DNA of 64,000 nucleotides from Raillietiella orientalis (lineage: Eukaryota), in the NCBI GenBank assembly GCA_036172245.1, contig JAYWIR010000014.1, positions 2,294,001 to 2,358,000 of the forward strand, read 5' to 3'. Positions 1 through 11,700 of the stretch are shown here, one piece after another. Under the pieces are notes generated by a model, which made no database searches, was not told where the DNA came from, and saw only the letters and a list, made by a program, of their open reading frames with translations. The position numbers and the translations under genes were made by a program. How positions within the stretch are numbered: the stretch's first letter is position 1; the number at the start of each line of letters is the position of its first letter.

Positions 1-3000
1 AAAAAAGAAGACGCCGGGGATCTAGCTGCTCGGTAGCTGCTTTCTTTCTCCACCCGATCCACTGTAGCAATGGAAGGGAGGAGCGGGAGAAACACTGGCA
101 ACACAAGAGCGCATGCGTACTCATAACCGATCTAATTCCTTCCCAGAGTTTCCCCTTCCCATGCCAGGTAGTGGGTCGCACGACCGCTGTCCAGCGGCGG
201 GGCTGCGGAAGAACGAGGTTTCCCGTCTCCAAAACTCTGAAGATCTCTCGTAGCCGCGTTCCTCGAGTGATGTTACGGGCAAGCAGTCATCTTCCAAACG
301 CCCTAGAATTTGATTTCCCGAATCGTATCCATCAGCCATCATTAAACTGTTTCCTTCTCACTTCAGAAATCCCATAAGTTCATATAGGCAATCGGAGAAT
401 TTTTGGAGTTTTTACGGATCCGCGGAGTAGCCTCCTCTCATTTCGAGAAAATTTGATGTCAGCTATTAATCATGGTAATCACTGTAGAATTTGTGATGAA
501 TATTTTATTGCAGGAAAGGAATTCGCCCCATTTTTCTTTTCCAGCTTTTAATTAGAAATCTTTTTTGCAGCTCCAGAATACCCGTCCGAACACATCAAGA
601 GCTTCTTACACACCATTTTCCACGCGATCCTCTCTCCCTTCCCCTAAAGCACATTCTGCAGCAGCGGTGCCCCATTCTTCTTGTAACTGTAACGACTTTG
701 CTTATGATTCTTGCAAGAAATTTCAGAAGTAATCGTAAACCGGAACATTTTCCTTTTTCTCTTTTTTTGGCGCTGGTTTTTCCCGTGAGTGTCCGGCGAA
801 GGTGCCTGTGAACTTTCCTCCAAAATCGATACGAGCTTATAGTTTTTCGATAAATTCCCGAAGCCGCGCGTCCACGCCTGTGTGCGTGTTCTCTCAGATC
901 ACTTAAGCTTGCAGAATAAGCACGCGGATCCAGGATCTGAATCCCGTCTTTACGAGCTGGTTTCGAATAACATCCTTCCGAACTTTAAACGATCCCTGCA
1001 AACGCGCTTCTTTGCTCGGGTAATGTTTGGGGTATCTGCACAGCATGTGCGCAAACAGGAAAATGCACACACACACTCAGGAGAAGGGGGCTGTTGAGAT
1101 CATGGAATTACCGCGCATTATCACACAGCATACGTTGCGCAGGGCGACGGTCGCCTTCACGGTCCAGACGCACAACGTGCACGCACGTGATGCGTACTGA
1201 GAGCACGCGCGCGCGCGAGGACAAGAGCGGTGACGTCAACGTTCCTGAATAAATAAACACGTGACCGGATTGCAGAATGCGCAAACACATCGAGTGTACA
1301 CAGTGTACTGTCAAACAGATCAAATAGCGTCGGCAACGGCGCGCCTAGAAATGCTGAGTATCGTGCATAAGCCGCGTGGTTCTGCGGGCGACAGGCATGA
1401 ATGTAGGCACCTCGTAATTAAAGCAGCAGTGATTTATGCAGCCAATAGTTCCGTTTTTCGCAGTGATATCCAATGCACTACATCAGAGGCAGAAAGATAG
1501 ATGGATCAGATATTTACGGGTCCTCTCTGCAGCACTTTTCTTTTCTTCTCAGTAATGCCTTTCAGATCGCACAGGGAACCATCATGTACACCACAGTTAC
1601 ATGGAGCTGAAGCCTCGGAAGCTGCAAGGGTAGACCAGAAGACTACTGTCCCTGCAGCGTTCGCAAACTTTCCGGTGAACTTAGTTCGTGAACCTCCCGT
1701 GCCTGCCCAATCATCCTTGCACCAAGATAACAAATACACGATTGCATATGATCATAAGTATGGACTTTCTGTTTGCATGCGATTGTTCTCATCGCTCATC
1801 TTTTCATTTTATGACTGCAGTAGCAGCAGAGAATCATTGCGTCATCCTTCACTCCCATTCTCTCGTCCCATAAACTTTTTAGTTGTCATAGCGATCCGAA
1901 CAATGATACCAGGTTCAAAACTGATTCATTTCAATTACGGAAATTACATTTCGCAGTGCCGCGTTTCCGCGACGCAAATCGCGACCGCTGCTTTTCTTTT
2001 TTGTTTCCGTTTTTTTTTTTTTTTTTTGTTCCCCCCCTCCGTGTAATGGGGATGAGTCTCGCCGACGCTCGAGACTTTCAAAGCGTCTCTTGTGCTCCTG
2101 CATCGGACGGCTGTTGCGAGGAAGCGACTGCCGTCATTGCGTATATTCGAAGCCCTCGTCGCTGTCTTTTCCGTCCCGGAAGGATGCAAGGGAAAGCGGA
2201 ACGGAGCGGCTCTCTCGGCTTACTATCTGAAAGATCGTGCCCTCCTCCTGGTGGATACCAGAGCAGAGGATCCCAACCTCTTTGTTTGCAATCGGGTTGA
2301 TTCCACTCCCAGTCTGTAGGCTCCCTTTAACCCTCCCCGGTCCTTCCAGCCTTTGCGTGAGGATTGGGGAGGTGGAGGGGGGAGGGAGCAAGCTGCTGTC
2401 TCAGACACGTTCTCTTCCCGCTTAGGCGATCCTATCGAGACAGTTCACCCGTCTCCTCTGGGTTTTCCAGGTTTACCTGGAGGAGAAACTGCTGCGGTCC
2501 CGCACCTCCCTTACGTTCTTTTCTCCTCCTCCCCCCCCCCCCTTCTCCATTGCTTGTCGACCTCGGCATCATGGAGACAATGCTCGTTTGTGGAGGGAGA
2601 TCAGACCAGACACGCTCCACGTCCTGAACCTCAAGGGTCCATGGCATAGAACCCCTTCTCGCCTCCGCGGACGGGGAGAAGGGCATAAGGGGGTGGTTCT
2701 TCCCGCTTCTTTTCATGCCCTCTCTGTCCTCCCCGACGGACCGAGGACCGAAGATCCATTCCTTGGACGTCTGGGTGCTTCGGCCTCGGCAGAAGACGAG
2801 ATACGGGCCTGAGGGCGCTCTCTTCAGCTAGCGGCGAAGTGTGTACGAGTGGAGTCTGCGCCAGACTACAGTAATACCACAGATGACATGCAATGAGGCA
2901 AGACAGCAGAGGTACACGGAAGCGTCTTGGCAGATTCTCACGCCATCCGTCCTGCTTTCGCCGCCGTCGTCAAGGAAACATCAAGCCACACCGGGGAGTC

Positions 3001-3982
3001 GGACCAGTTCTCTGCCGCACCATCCCAGTAGCCAACGAGATGAGGAATGGAAACGATGCGGAGGAGCGTGCCTCTCACGATAATGAAGAGAGGATGCCTC
3101 GTGGACCCAAGGAAGACGCAAGAAAAACGCAGGTTACTGTTCTCCGACCGGAAGTCGTTTCCTCCTTTTCTTCCTTAAGATCTCGCCTACTCCCACTGCA
3201 GGAAGAACACCATCGCTCAGGAATTTCCGACACCCTATTATGCGGGATCAGAAACCGGGAAGCGATTCCATTAACGGAGCTTCGGAGATGATTCCATGAT
3301 TCCTGGTCCTCCCTTTGATTACCTTCGTGAGCTTCCGCGCGTGCGTTTGCCGCTCGCGTCGTCGGCCCGCCATCCTCTTCGGCGCTCGACCAGAGGCGCT
3401 CCGAGCTCTTTCTCCTTGACATCCGATGACCCAGGACACCTTCTGCTCCTGATCGTGTGCGCTTGCGCCTCGTGCCTTGCGTTGTCTACAAACGGCGACC
3501 TCCCTTCCTCGTTCGTTCGCTCTCGTGCCTTTCTCCCTGGTGCTCACCACGGCGGCAACGCGACGCCGACAACGGCGGCCGTCCGCTCCCCACCCCCCTA
3601 CTGCTCTAACCCGGTCTGAAGGCATTCCTGGCATTCTACTGTGCCCTCGCCAGAAAAAAGGGCAACCCATACCGTCGCCCCTCCTTCCTTCCCCGCACAC
3701 CCTAAACGAAGCCTCCCCTTGAAGTCCGAGCAGCTCCCGTTCCTCGAGGCGTGCACAGAAGCGAAGCCGAAGGCAGTTCCGGGCGGACGCTTCAGGCGGG
3801 AAGAGAGGGAGCGTTCCCGGAAGAGGGGACGTCAGCCACGTCGACCTGGGTGCCAACGCTCCAGGCAGTCTTCCCCCATCGCGCACGCATCTTGGGATGG
3901 GATCGGGTGAACTCCCTCCGCCAGCGCCTGTCCCCTCAAGTGTCTGCGAGTGGAAGTCTGGTTCACGGTGCAGATGACAAGG

Positions 3983-5897
3983 TTTTTCACCTGGTCACGC
4001 AGGGCATTTATTTTAAAAAAAAAATAAATTAGTTGGGAACACCCTGGTTCCCAACAGAAGGTAACAGGAAACAAAGGGAAGGGTCAACTGACACGCAGTA
4101 CGGGACAACAGAGAGTCCGGAATGGGGAGGGACAAGAGGACAACAAAAACAAACAAAACGGATGGGAAAGGGCAGGGATCTTTGGTTTCGCTCCGCATGC
4201 ACCAGGATAAAAACAAGAAGCACCAATCAAGTTATGGAGAGAAATGGGGGTGAGGAATATGGGTAAAAAAAGATACTGGGAGGGAGAGGACAAGGATCAC
4301 CGGGTCCGATATTCCAAACCGTCCATCGACCGCCGATGGATGCCCGTGATCTCCTCCTCGGCTTCCTCTTTCATGTGAGACCACATTGCAGCCTTCCTCA
4401 TGTAGGCGGCTGCCATAACGGTGATCTCCCTTCGCTGCGTGGTGATCTCTAGCACCTGTCGGACCCCAACAATGACACGAATGCAACCCATGGTTGCTAC
4501 CACCGCGCCTCTCGAGAGACCTTTTGGAGCAAAGAATCGCCGCAGCACGTCTCGGGTGGTGACCTCCTAGTGCAGAAGTGTGTTGCCAACCTCCGCCACA
4601 GTCCTTGGAAGGCACTGCAGTCTAAAAGCAGGTGCTGGATCGACTCCGTCGACTCGTACCTGGCACTGTTCGAGGATGCAACCCCCGGAAACTCGATGCC
4701 GTCTCTCGTTACACTGGAATCCCAGTGGATGAAGAGCAGTACGACCTGCTTCCAGGCGAGGGAAAACAACGGACCGTTTACACATGAGGAGAAACCACTC
4801 AGAAGAACGCTCCACCGAAGGAGTCCCTTCGCTAAGGCACGCGGAGTGGCAGCATCCTCCAGCTCGCCCGTCTTCCAGCCTCCGAGAAGTCTGGTTTCTC
4901 CCGCGATGGTGCAGGAAAACTCCCACCTCTCTGGCAACCTGCTGTCATCTCTTGCCCTGAGGGCAGACAGCTCTGCGACCACGATGGGGTGACCAGAATA
5001 AAAAACTTCACCGCGTCCTGCTTCACCACATCCAGTGGTCATGGTAGGAGATGTCGCAAGGGGTGAAGATCTTCAGAAAGCATTTCCTATAACGCAGTCC
5101 AGGACTCGACAATCTCCTGCTGACAACCACTGAAGTTCGTCGGGCGGCAGGAGATCCACACGTGGGCTTTCACTAGTTAGGCGAGTTGCCTCAGGAAAAG
5201 CCGAATCCCCGCATCCTGTAGCGGGTGCCCGGCACCAGAGAGAGCAGTCCTTTGCTGTCGGTGCACCTCCGTTGGAGGATGCATGCAGGAGCACACATCG
5301 GGGAAGTCCACAGCTTGGCAGAGAGTGCCAGCATTCGGAGCTGCACTTGCAGCCCAATTCGCTCCAGCGTCAGGATGCCTCAGCCGGCATTCTGCCGCGG
5401 AGCCGCCAAGTCTTTGAGGAGGATCCTGGACTTCGCAGGTCCTGAGAGAGCGTTCCTCAACAGGTGCTGAGCCTGCTGCTTCGCCTCGTAGGGGAGTGTG
5501 CAGACAAAAAACAGGAGGCGTAGGAGGGATCCCACTAAGGTGTTTTAGATAACTGCCTATTTCGACAAGGGGAACTTGCTATGAAGGAACGGGCTCAAAG
5601 CCAACTCTGCCTTTTGAAGGCAGACCGACCACGCTTCGGTAGCTGCGCGGACGCCCAACGGAGTGCCAAGGTACTTGATGTACCTGCCCATGGGAATCCT
5701 CAGGCGGATCCAGGCGGACTGACCTCTCCACGACGCACCCACCGGAACAACCACGATCTTGCTCCAGTTGAAACTCACTCCCGCTCCCCGACGAATCAGC
5801 TCAAAGAAATCCTCGATGCTGGACGCTGGGGTTGACATGGGTAACAGGAGAAGCAGGTCGTCTGTACAGGTGACCACGGTCGGTCAGCTCTCGGAAA
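3983..5897 (-). mobile_element. 5'-truncated degenerate L1/Tx1-like non-LTR retrotransposon, copy 1 (RT C-terminal half, zf-RVT, 3'UTR)
   Basis: Minus-strand translation gives VVTCTDDLLLLL (YADD-like), GAGVSFNWSK, IKYLGTPLG, LSK*AVI*NTLVGSLL, then ESTESIQHLLLDC (CCHC knuckle remnant). T-rich 3'UTR, AATAAA plus terminal motif at 3988-4012, A5 tail. Contains stops and frameshifts. Confidence 0.85.
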
Positions 5898-6895
5898 GAC
5901 AAGGCGTGAAACCTTGTCTTTCCGAGGAAATCTCCGAGGACTTTTCCGAGTTTTTTTCAGCGCGTGCTCTCCTGAGGAAAACCCGACAGCTTCCGGTAGC
6001 ACTGCTACATCAGGTTGCCACGAAGAGACAAAGGGATCAGCGAACGATGACCTTTTCCAGGGAAGGCATCGCCACTGGTTTCTCTGATCCAGGTTCAGTA
6101 TTTTTCACTGCTTCCTGGTGCTGGTTCTTGGTTTGTCGCAGCTGGAAGAGACCTGTTTCCCTTCCTCCCGCGACTCGTGCTCTGTGGGCCTTTCCTCGCC
6201 GAGGAGGCGGTTGTTACGAAGAAGGGCCTGCCTAGGAGGCCCTCCTTCCACTTGGGAACGGGATTGTCTCCGGGAAGCAAACGACGTTCCGTCCCAGGGC
6301 CTTCCTGCCAGTTGAGAAGGGCCGCAGGTCCTCTAGGAGGACAGGGAACTTTCCCGGTGGCCCTTCTCGGAGTGCCTTTTATTCCCTGGGCTGATCCCGC
6401 CGTTTCCTACCTTTTGAGTAGCACACCCCCTACATGTCCCGCGTTATTCTGGATGGTATTGGAGGATGTCGTCCGCGACCTTCACGCGAAGCGCCGTTCA
6501 AGATTTCTCTTGTCCCCCCCGATAAACAGCCTGATCGTTGAAGAGACAGCTGCTCGGCAAAGGAGAAGAAAAAAAAATAAACTCGCCCTTTTTATCGATA
6601 GCGACTCTTCGCTGGTCGTCATGATCACGGATGATCAATTGCGGGTTGCTCGGTGCGAGGAGCGTCCTGGAGCTTTTCCTTTCCCGGTTCCTTCAGGAGG
6701 CGTAGCCAGCTCTCGTTGCTGCCCCCGCTCCTGTGCGATCCGTCACGCCCTCCTGCCGGTGGGTGGAGCTCCGCCCTCTCGTCTGACAGGGATTCTGCTC
6801 CCTCGGGACGCTTTCCCGGGAGGATTTCTTCGGCCCCTTTTCCCACTGGTCCCGCACGGCCCGATCTGCATGGCCGACGAAGCCGCCGGCGATTG

Positions 6896-7920
6896 CAACT
6901 GGGTGCACCGGGAGGCGTTTATTTCATATATAAAATAAAATAAACATTTACTAAGATTGTGGTTGGACCAGTGATTCAACCATGTCCTTTTTAGATCTAA
7001 CCTACCGCGTTACCGGTTCGCAGACCGGTGAGGTCCTCCACGGTAGCAGAGGGGAAGGGGAACAAAAATACAAATAAAAATAAATGAACTTTTTGAGGGT
7101 GCGGGAAGGGGTTATGTCTTGCTGGGGGAAGTCCTCTGCATCCTTTTGAGGATGTCGGCAAGGCCTTGCTGCATGTTATTTTCCAGATGGAGCCACCTCG
7201 TTGCCGTCCTCATAAATCGGACGGAGAAGTGGACGTGGCACCCCTGTCGCTCCAGGCAGAGACGATCCTGCGTAGGTAGCAGGGAGACTGAGGACCGAAG
7301 GACGTCGTGAACGAGGAGGGGTTTTAGAGCATCCCTAGAATTGCCGCCAGGGTTCCCAGGGTCACCCCAAAGCGCTCCCAGAAGGGCAGAAGGGCAACAG
7401 CGCCCACAAGCAGGTGCGAGAAGGATTTGCGCTCCCGCACCTGCCACAGTTGGGGTCCACTCCCCCCTCCCGTGTTCAGTGATGCTGACGAGCGTTGCAC
7501 GGGAAGCGCCAGGGCAGCAACAGCAGCGACGACTCCCACCACTTCAAGGGGGGGTATGGGTGTCCAGGCGCACTGGAGGCCACTGCAGGTCTTCTTCAGG
7601 GATACCAAGTAGCATGCCCCAGAGCAAAAGTCATCAGAGTGGGACACTCGGGGTCGCAGCATCCACAAGCCGTCCCGTCGTCCAATCGCCCAGTCCTCTC
7701 CTCCTTTCAGAGATGCTCACGCAAACCTCCTATTTAGTCACAAGACTGCAGCCCATGCGTCTACCGAATCCCCCGGCAAGGAATCTCCTGGCAGCGTGGC
7801 GTGAGGTTCGAAAACTTGGAGTTTCTGCCGGTGGCGTCCTTAAGGATACGGGGACATCCGTGGGTGTTCCAGAAGGTTTCCGAAGCGACCTGAAAAGGCA
7901 GTTAACCCCTTCCTGAGGAT
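6896..7920 (-). mobile_element. L1/Tx1-like retrotransposon 3' fragment, copy 2
   Basis: Colinear DNA similarity to 51342-52250 (e.g. gcgtttatttcatata...taaacattta...gtggttgg). Translation gives ERKSFSHLLVG (zf-RVT remnant) and a C-terminus FMRTATRW...RMQR. Confidence 0.8.
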
Positions 7921-8299
7921 GCATTTTCCAGTCGCCTGTCGTGTCGCTCCCGCGACGTCCCCCTGAGAGGGCCTCCAGAAGGAGTCCTTAGGCAGGGTCG
8001 AGAATTGAAAGGTGTCGCGTCCTGGAAGGAGATGCACCGCGCCGCCGACCCAAACTGCTGCGAGGCGGTTGCGAGCGCCGACGGCCTTCAGACGCCCTCT
8101 CCGGGTACGGCGTCGGATCCCTTCCCTCCCATTCCGGGAGATGAAACCAAGGAGGTCACTCACGAAGAGGAACCGACATTCCCCTCGTGATCCTCCAGAG
8201 AAGCAAAGCGTGCAAAAGGAATGGCGGCAGGAGGCAGGCAGGACGCAGGAGGGGAGCTCACGGACCCTTACCTTCTCCAGCCTTCCTCCCCCTGCTCAC

Positions 8300-8715
8300 C
8301 ACTCTCTTAGGGGCGCGCGCTCGAAAGGAAGGGAGCGTGGGAGAGGGGGCGCTTCGCCGCGTCCTCCCTCGCGCCTTCTGCAATAGCTACGTCCCGAGAG
8401 AGCACGCGCGGTCGCCGCCTCCCGGCGCGCCTGCGCGCCACATTCGGCCTTTTTGTCGGACCGGCTGACGGCGGGCGGCTCATCGGCGGGCCGCTCGTCC
8501 CTGCCGCCAGAGTGCGACTCGCGCGAGTACTCCCCGGACGGACGGAAGGGCTGCAGGGCAGGACGACGCGCGGGCCGGGAGGAAGTGCCAGGTGCCCCGC
8601 GGGCTCGCTCGACCGACGCCCGCCCAGGACGGCCCGCTCCAGGAAAGACGACCACCGGGCGGGCGTCGCAGAGGAGGGAGGCGCCCCTCCCTGGAAGAGC
8701 CGAGCGCTCGCGGCG
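8300..8715 (+). promoter_or_regulatory. CpG-dense putative promoter / 5' region of TMTC2
   Basis: Very high CG density (e.g. gggcgcgcgc, cccggcgcgcctgcgcgcc) directly upstream of coding exon 1. TSS not determined. Confidence 0.45.
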
Positions 8716-8780
8716 ATGCCGCTCCTGTCGTTCCTGGTGTACTGCAACACTCTGGGAGCGGGATTCGTCTACGACGACAG
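8716..8780 (+). CDS. TMTC2: TMTC2 coding exon 1 (MPLLSFLVYCNTLGAGFVYDD)
   Basis: TM1 plus the conserved DD motif. Donor AG|GTAGGC at 8781, phase 2. The 5' boundary may lie further upstream. Confidence 0.85.
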
Positions 8781-11700
8781 GTAGGCAAGGACGTCCGGGG
8801 GTGAAAGGCCACTCCTTTCCTCTTCCTCCATCGCCTCACGAATAGGAAGGGAAAGATGGGGAGTAGGGAGAGAGAAATTGGGTGGAATCGTTCCCCGGGG
8901 CTGTGTCCACGGCTCTCAAGAAAGCTTTCCCAGTGTGTCCAGGAGCCTGGACGTGGGCGAGACCGGAACGCGTGGTGGTGCACAGTGTGTTTCACATGGT
9001 TCTTGCAAAGTAGTGGGAGGTGTTCCCTTGGCATGAGGATCGCCCGAGGAGGTTTCGCGTGTCGGGGGAGCCAACACCTGAGAGGCCAGCAGACTCTCTC
9101 TCGATGCGGGTGGCGGCGCTAGAGCCCGTTCCCCGTGGTGTTTCCCGGGAGATGCGGAAGAAGTATCCGAGGATTCGCCGGGTCGGACCTTGGAAGGAAC
9201 ACGAAGGGAGGGGTGGACGGTGATAGAGGGAAGGAGGGGAGGTCTGCCAGCTGCATCACGGCGGTGGCCGCTCGGAGGCGGGGCGCGCAATCCGCTAGTC
9301 GCGGACCGGCCGCCTGCTCAAAAGGGTTGCTTACGCGAGCGCCTGTCCTTCCCTGGGGAGCGTCCAACGGACTGGCGGGACGTCCTGAAAGAGCGGAGAG
9401 ATCCCTCGGAACCCTATCCTCTCTTCTTCGGAAAAACGAGAGCGTCTCCCGGGCGACGACTCTCTTTCGCTCTCTCCGGCTTCCCCGCCCTCCCTCCTCC
9501 CCTTCCTTTTCGAGAAGACGTTTCCATGATAACCACTCTTTTGTCCCCTTCCTTCCTCCGGCCGCACCTTTGCGGCGCAACGACGAATCCTCTCGCCTTT
9601 CGCGAAGATGGGTGCTTTGAAAAATTTCGGGACTTTCGAGATGAAGGGCACGGCCGCCCTCGGCTATCTGCCAGTCGCTGCCTCCGAGGAAACGCGGGAA
9701 GAGGGGAGGCGTCGGCCAGCTGCTTCCGTGGGGTGGTTGCGGCCAGGACCGGAAGCTGCAACTCCACCTCGTGCCCGTGACCCCTCTCCCGGTACAGCTG
9801 CCTAACGAGTCTCTTCTGCAGCCTGCAAGAGATGCACCCACCATCTTGAGGCCTCTCAGCTCCTCATTCTTGCTGCTGCATGCCTAGTCTACCCTTCGTA
9901 CTCCCCGAGGAGGAGGTCTCCAGTTCCCGGGAACGGGTCAGCTACGGAGGTTTTGTTTTCGCTTCCGGAGTGAAGGTGAGGAGACTGACCGGAGATCCAC
10001 TCTCGCTCCCAGCCTCTCCCCGAGGCGTCCCCTTTCCCTGTCTCCGCGGGCTGGTCTGCCCCTTTGCAGGGGAGGGAACAAGCGGAATTAGAGGGTGGAG
10101 GGTCACGCACGGAGGTCAGGGACCGCTCAAGGGTGGGAGAGCGAATGGAAGAACTCGGTAGGGGAGTGAGGGATCTGCGCAGCGGCAGAAACCCGGCGGA
10201 TCCACGCATCCTTCTTCCGTTGCTAGGCGTTCCCTCCCCTCCTTCTTCCCCTCCTTCTTCCCCCCCTCCTTCTTGCTTGGATGCCAGCGGACCGCTCCCT
10301 GAGCGCCGTCCAGCGGACCGGCCCCTCCGGAAAGGTTCTCCGGGAGACGGAAGGGCGAGGGTGGCGTTCCCTCTGCGGTTCACCCACCTCAGAAACACGA
10401 GCCGGCCACCACACCGGACCCTCTGTGCTTCCTGCGTCTCCTCCCCAGGCGCCCTTTTGAGAGCGAGCGGGCTCTTCCTCTCTTCGCTTTTCGATGACCG
10501 CGCAGGTTACCTCCCCGAAGGGTCGCGCGCTCAACCAACTCGCTGCCCTCCTACCTCGCCAACTGCGCCGAGAGAGCTCAAGGTCAACTGCAGTCCTCCC
10601 ACCTGCCACAAGGGCTGAGGAAGTCCTCGAAAGGGTAGCCCTCCACGTGGATCGAGAATGAGGTCCCTGCGGATCCCCCAGTTCCTCCTGCAGCATTTCC
10701 TCGGGCCCGAAGCGCTCCCAAGTCGATCAGCGGTTTGCCAAGAGGAAGGAGAAAGCGAAAGCAGAGAGTGGCACGCTGAATAAGCTCACGTCCATGTCCT
10801 CCTCCGCACACGTGCTTTCCTTCCCGCGGAAGACGAGAAGCGGGAAGCCGGGCTAGCGCGACGTTCCCGTCCGCTGCACCCTTCCCCGATCGGCTCGGAT
10901 GCAGGAGTTTTCCCATGAACTCCCAGAAAACCCGCTGGGCACATGCCTGGATAATCTCATCCCGAGATCGAGAAGATGGGATCCCGGAGGACACATTTCG
11001 CAAATTGGTTCATTTTTCGCATCCTGTATTAGGACGAAAATTCATTCCTCTCTTCCGATGAGCTGTGGCCGATTAATCAATTCGGAGGAGATTTTGCTCC
11101 TCTCTGCCTTCTCATCCCCATCCACACCATCCTCATCACCATCTTCATCTTTCTCGCCCACACCGTTCTCATCTTTATCCTCGTCCTTATCATCCACACC
11201 ATCCTCGTGCTCATCCCTGTCATCTTCATCTTCATACCTTTCTTTCGCTTCCCTACTCATCCTCAGTTTCCATTCCTTCTCCTGACCCTTTTCATCTTGC
11301 ACTCCCCCTCACTGCAAAGAGAACGATTCTCTCCAGCCCGCTGTCTCAGGAGCAAGCCCAAACCCAGGCGCTCGTCCTCTCCCTTCCTTGACTCTCCTGG
11401 TGCTCTTCTTGCTGGAGAAGCCAAAGGAACGGCGGGGAAGGTGGGTAACAACACCCTCCGTTCCTTACTGTAAAAGACGAGGAGAGCCCTGCCGCTTCCG
11501 GAGCCGCCTGTTCTCTCCCTGTCTTCGAGACGGGGATTACGTGGAAGGGCTGCTACCGGAACCGATGCTTCCCAGATTCTGAAGTTTCTGGAGTGCTTCC
11601 TCTCTTGCAGAAAGTTCGAAATGAACATTCCTCGGGGGACGAGCCTTTCCACAGGAAGATTATTCACCAGACCCGGGAGAAGTCGGGCTGTGGTGCTCCC

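Noticed and set aside
121..342. Minus-strand ORF MMADGYDSGNQ... as the first exon of a neighbouring gene, with a CRE (TGACGTCA 1231-1238) and (CG)n patch upstream
   Set aside because: No recognisable homology, no strong donor before the stop, and it lies at the window edge. Cannot be supported.
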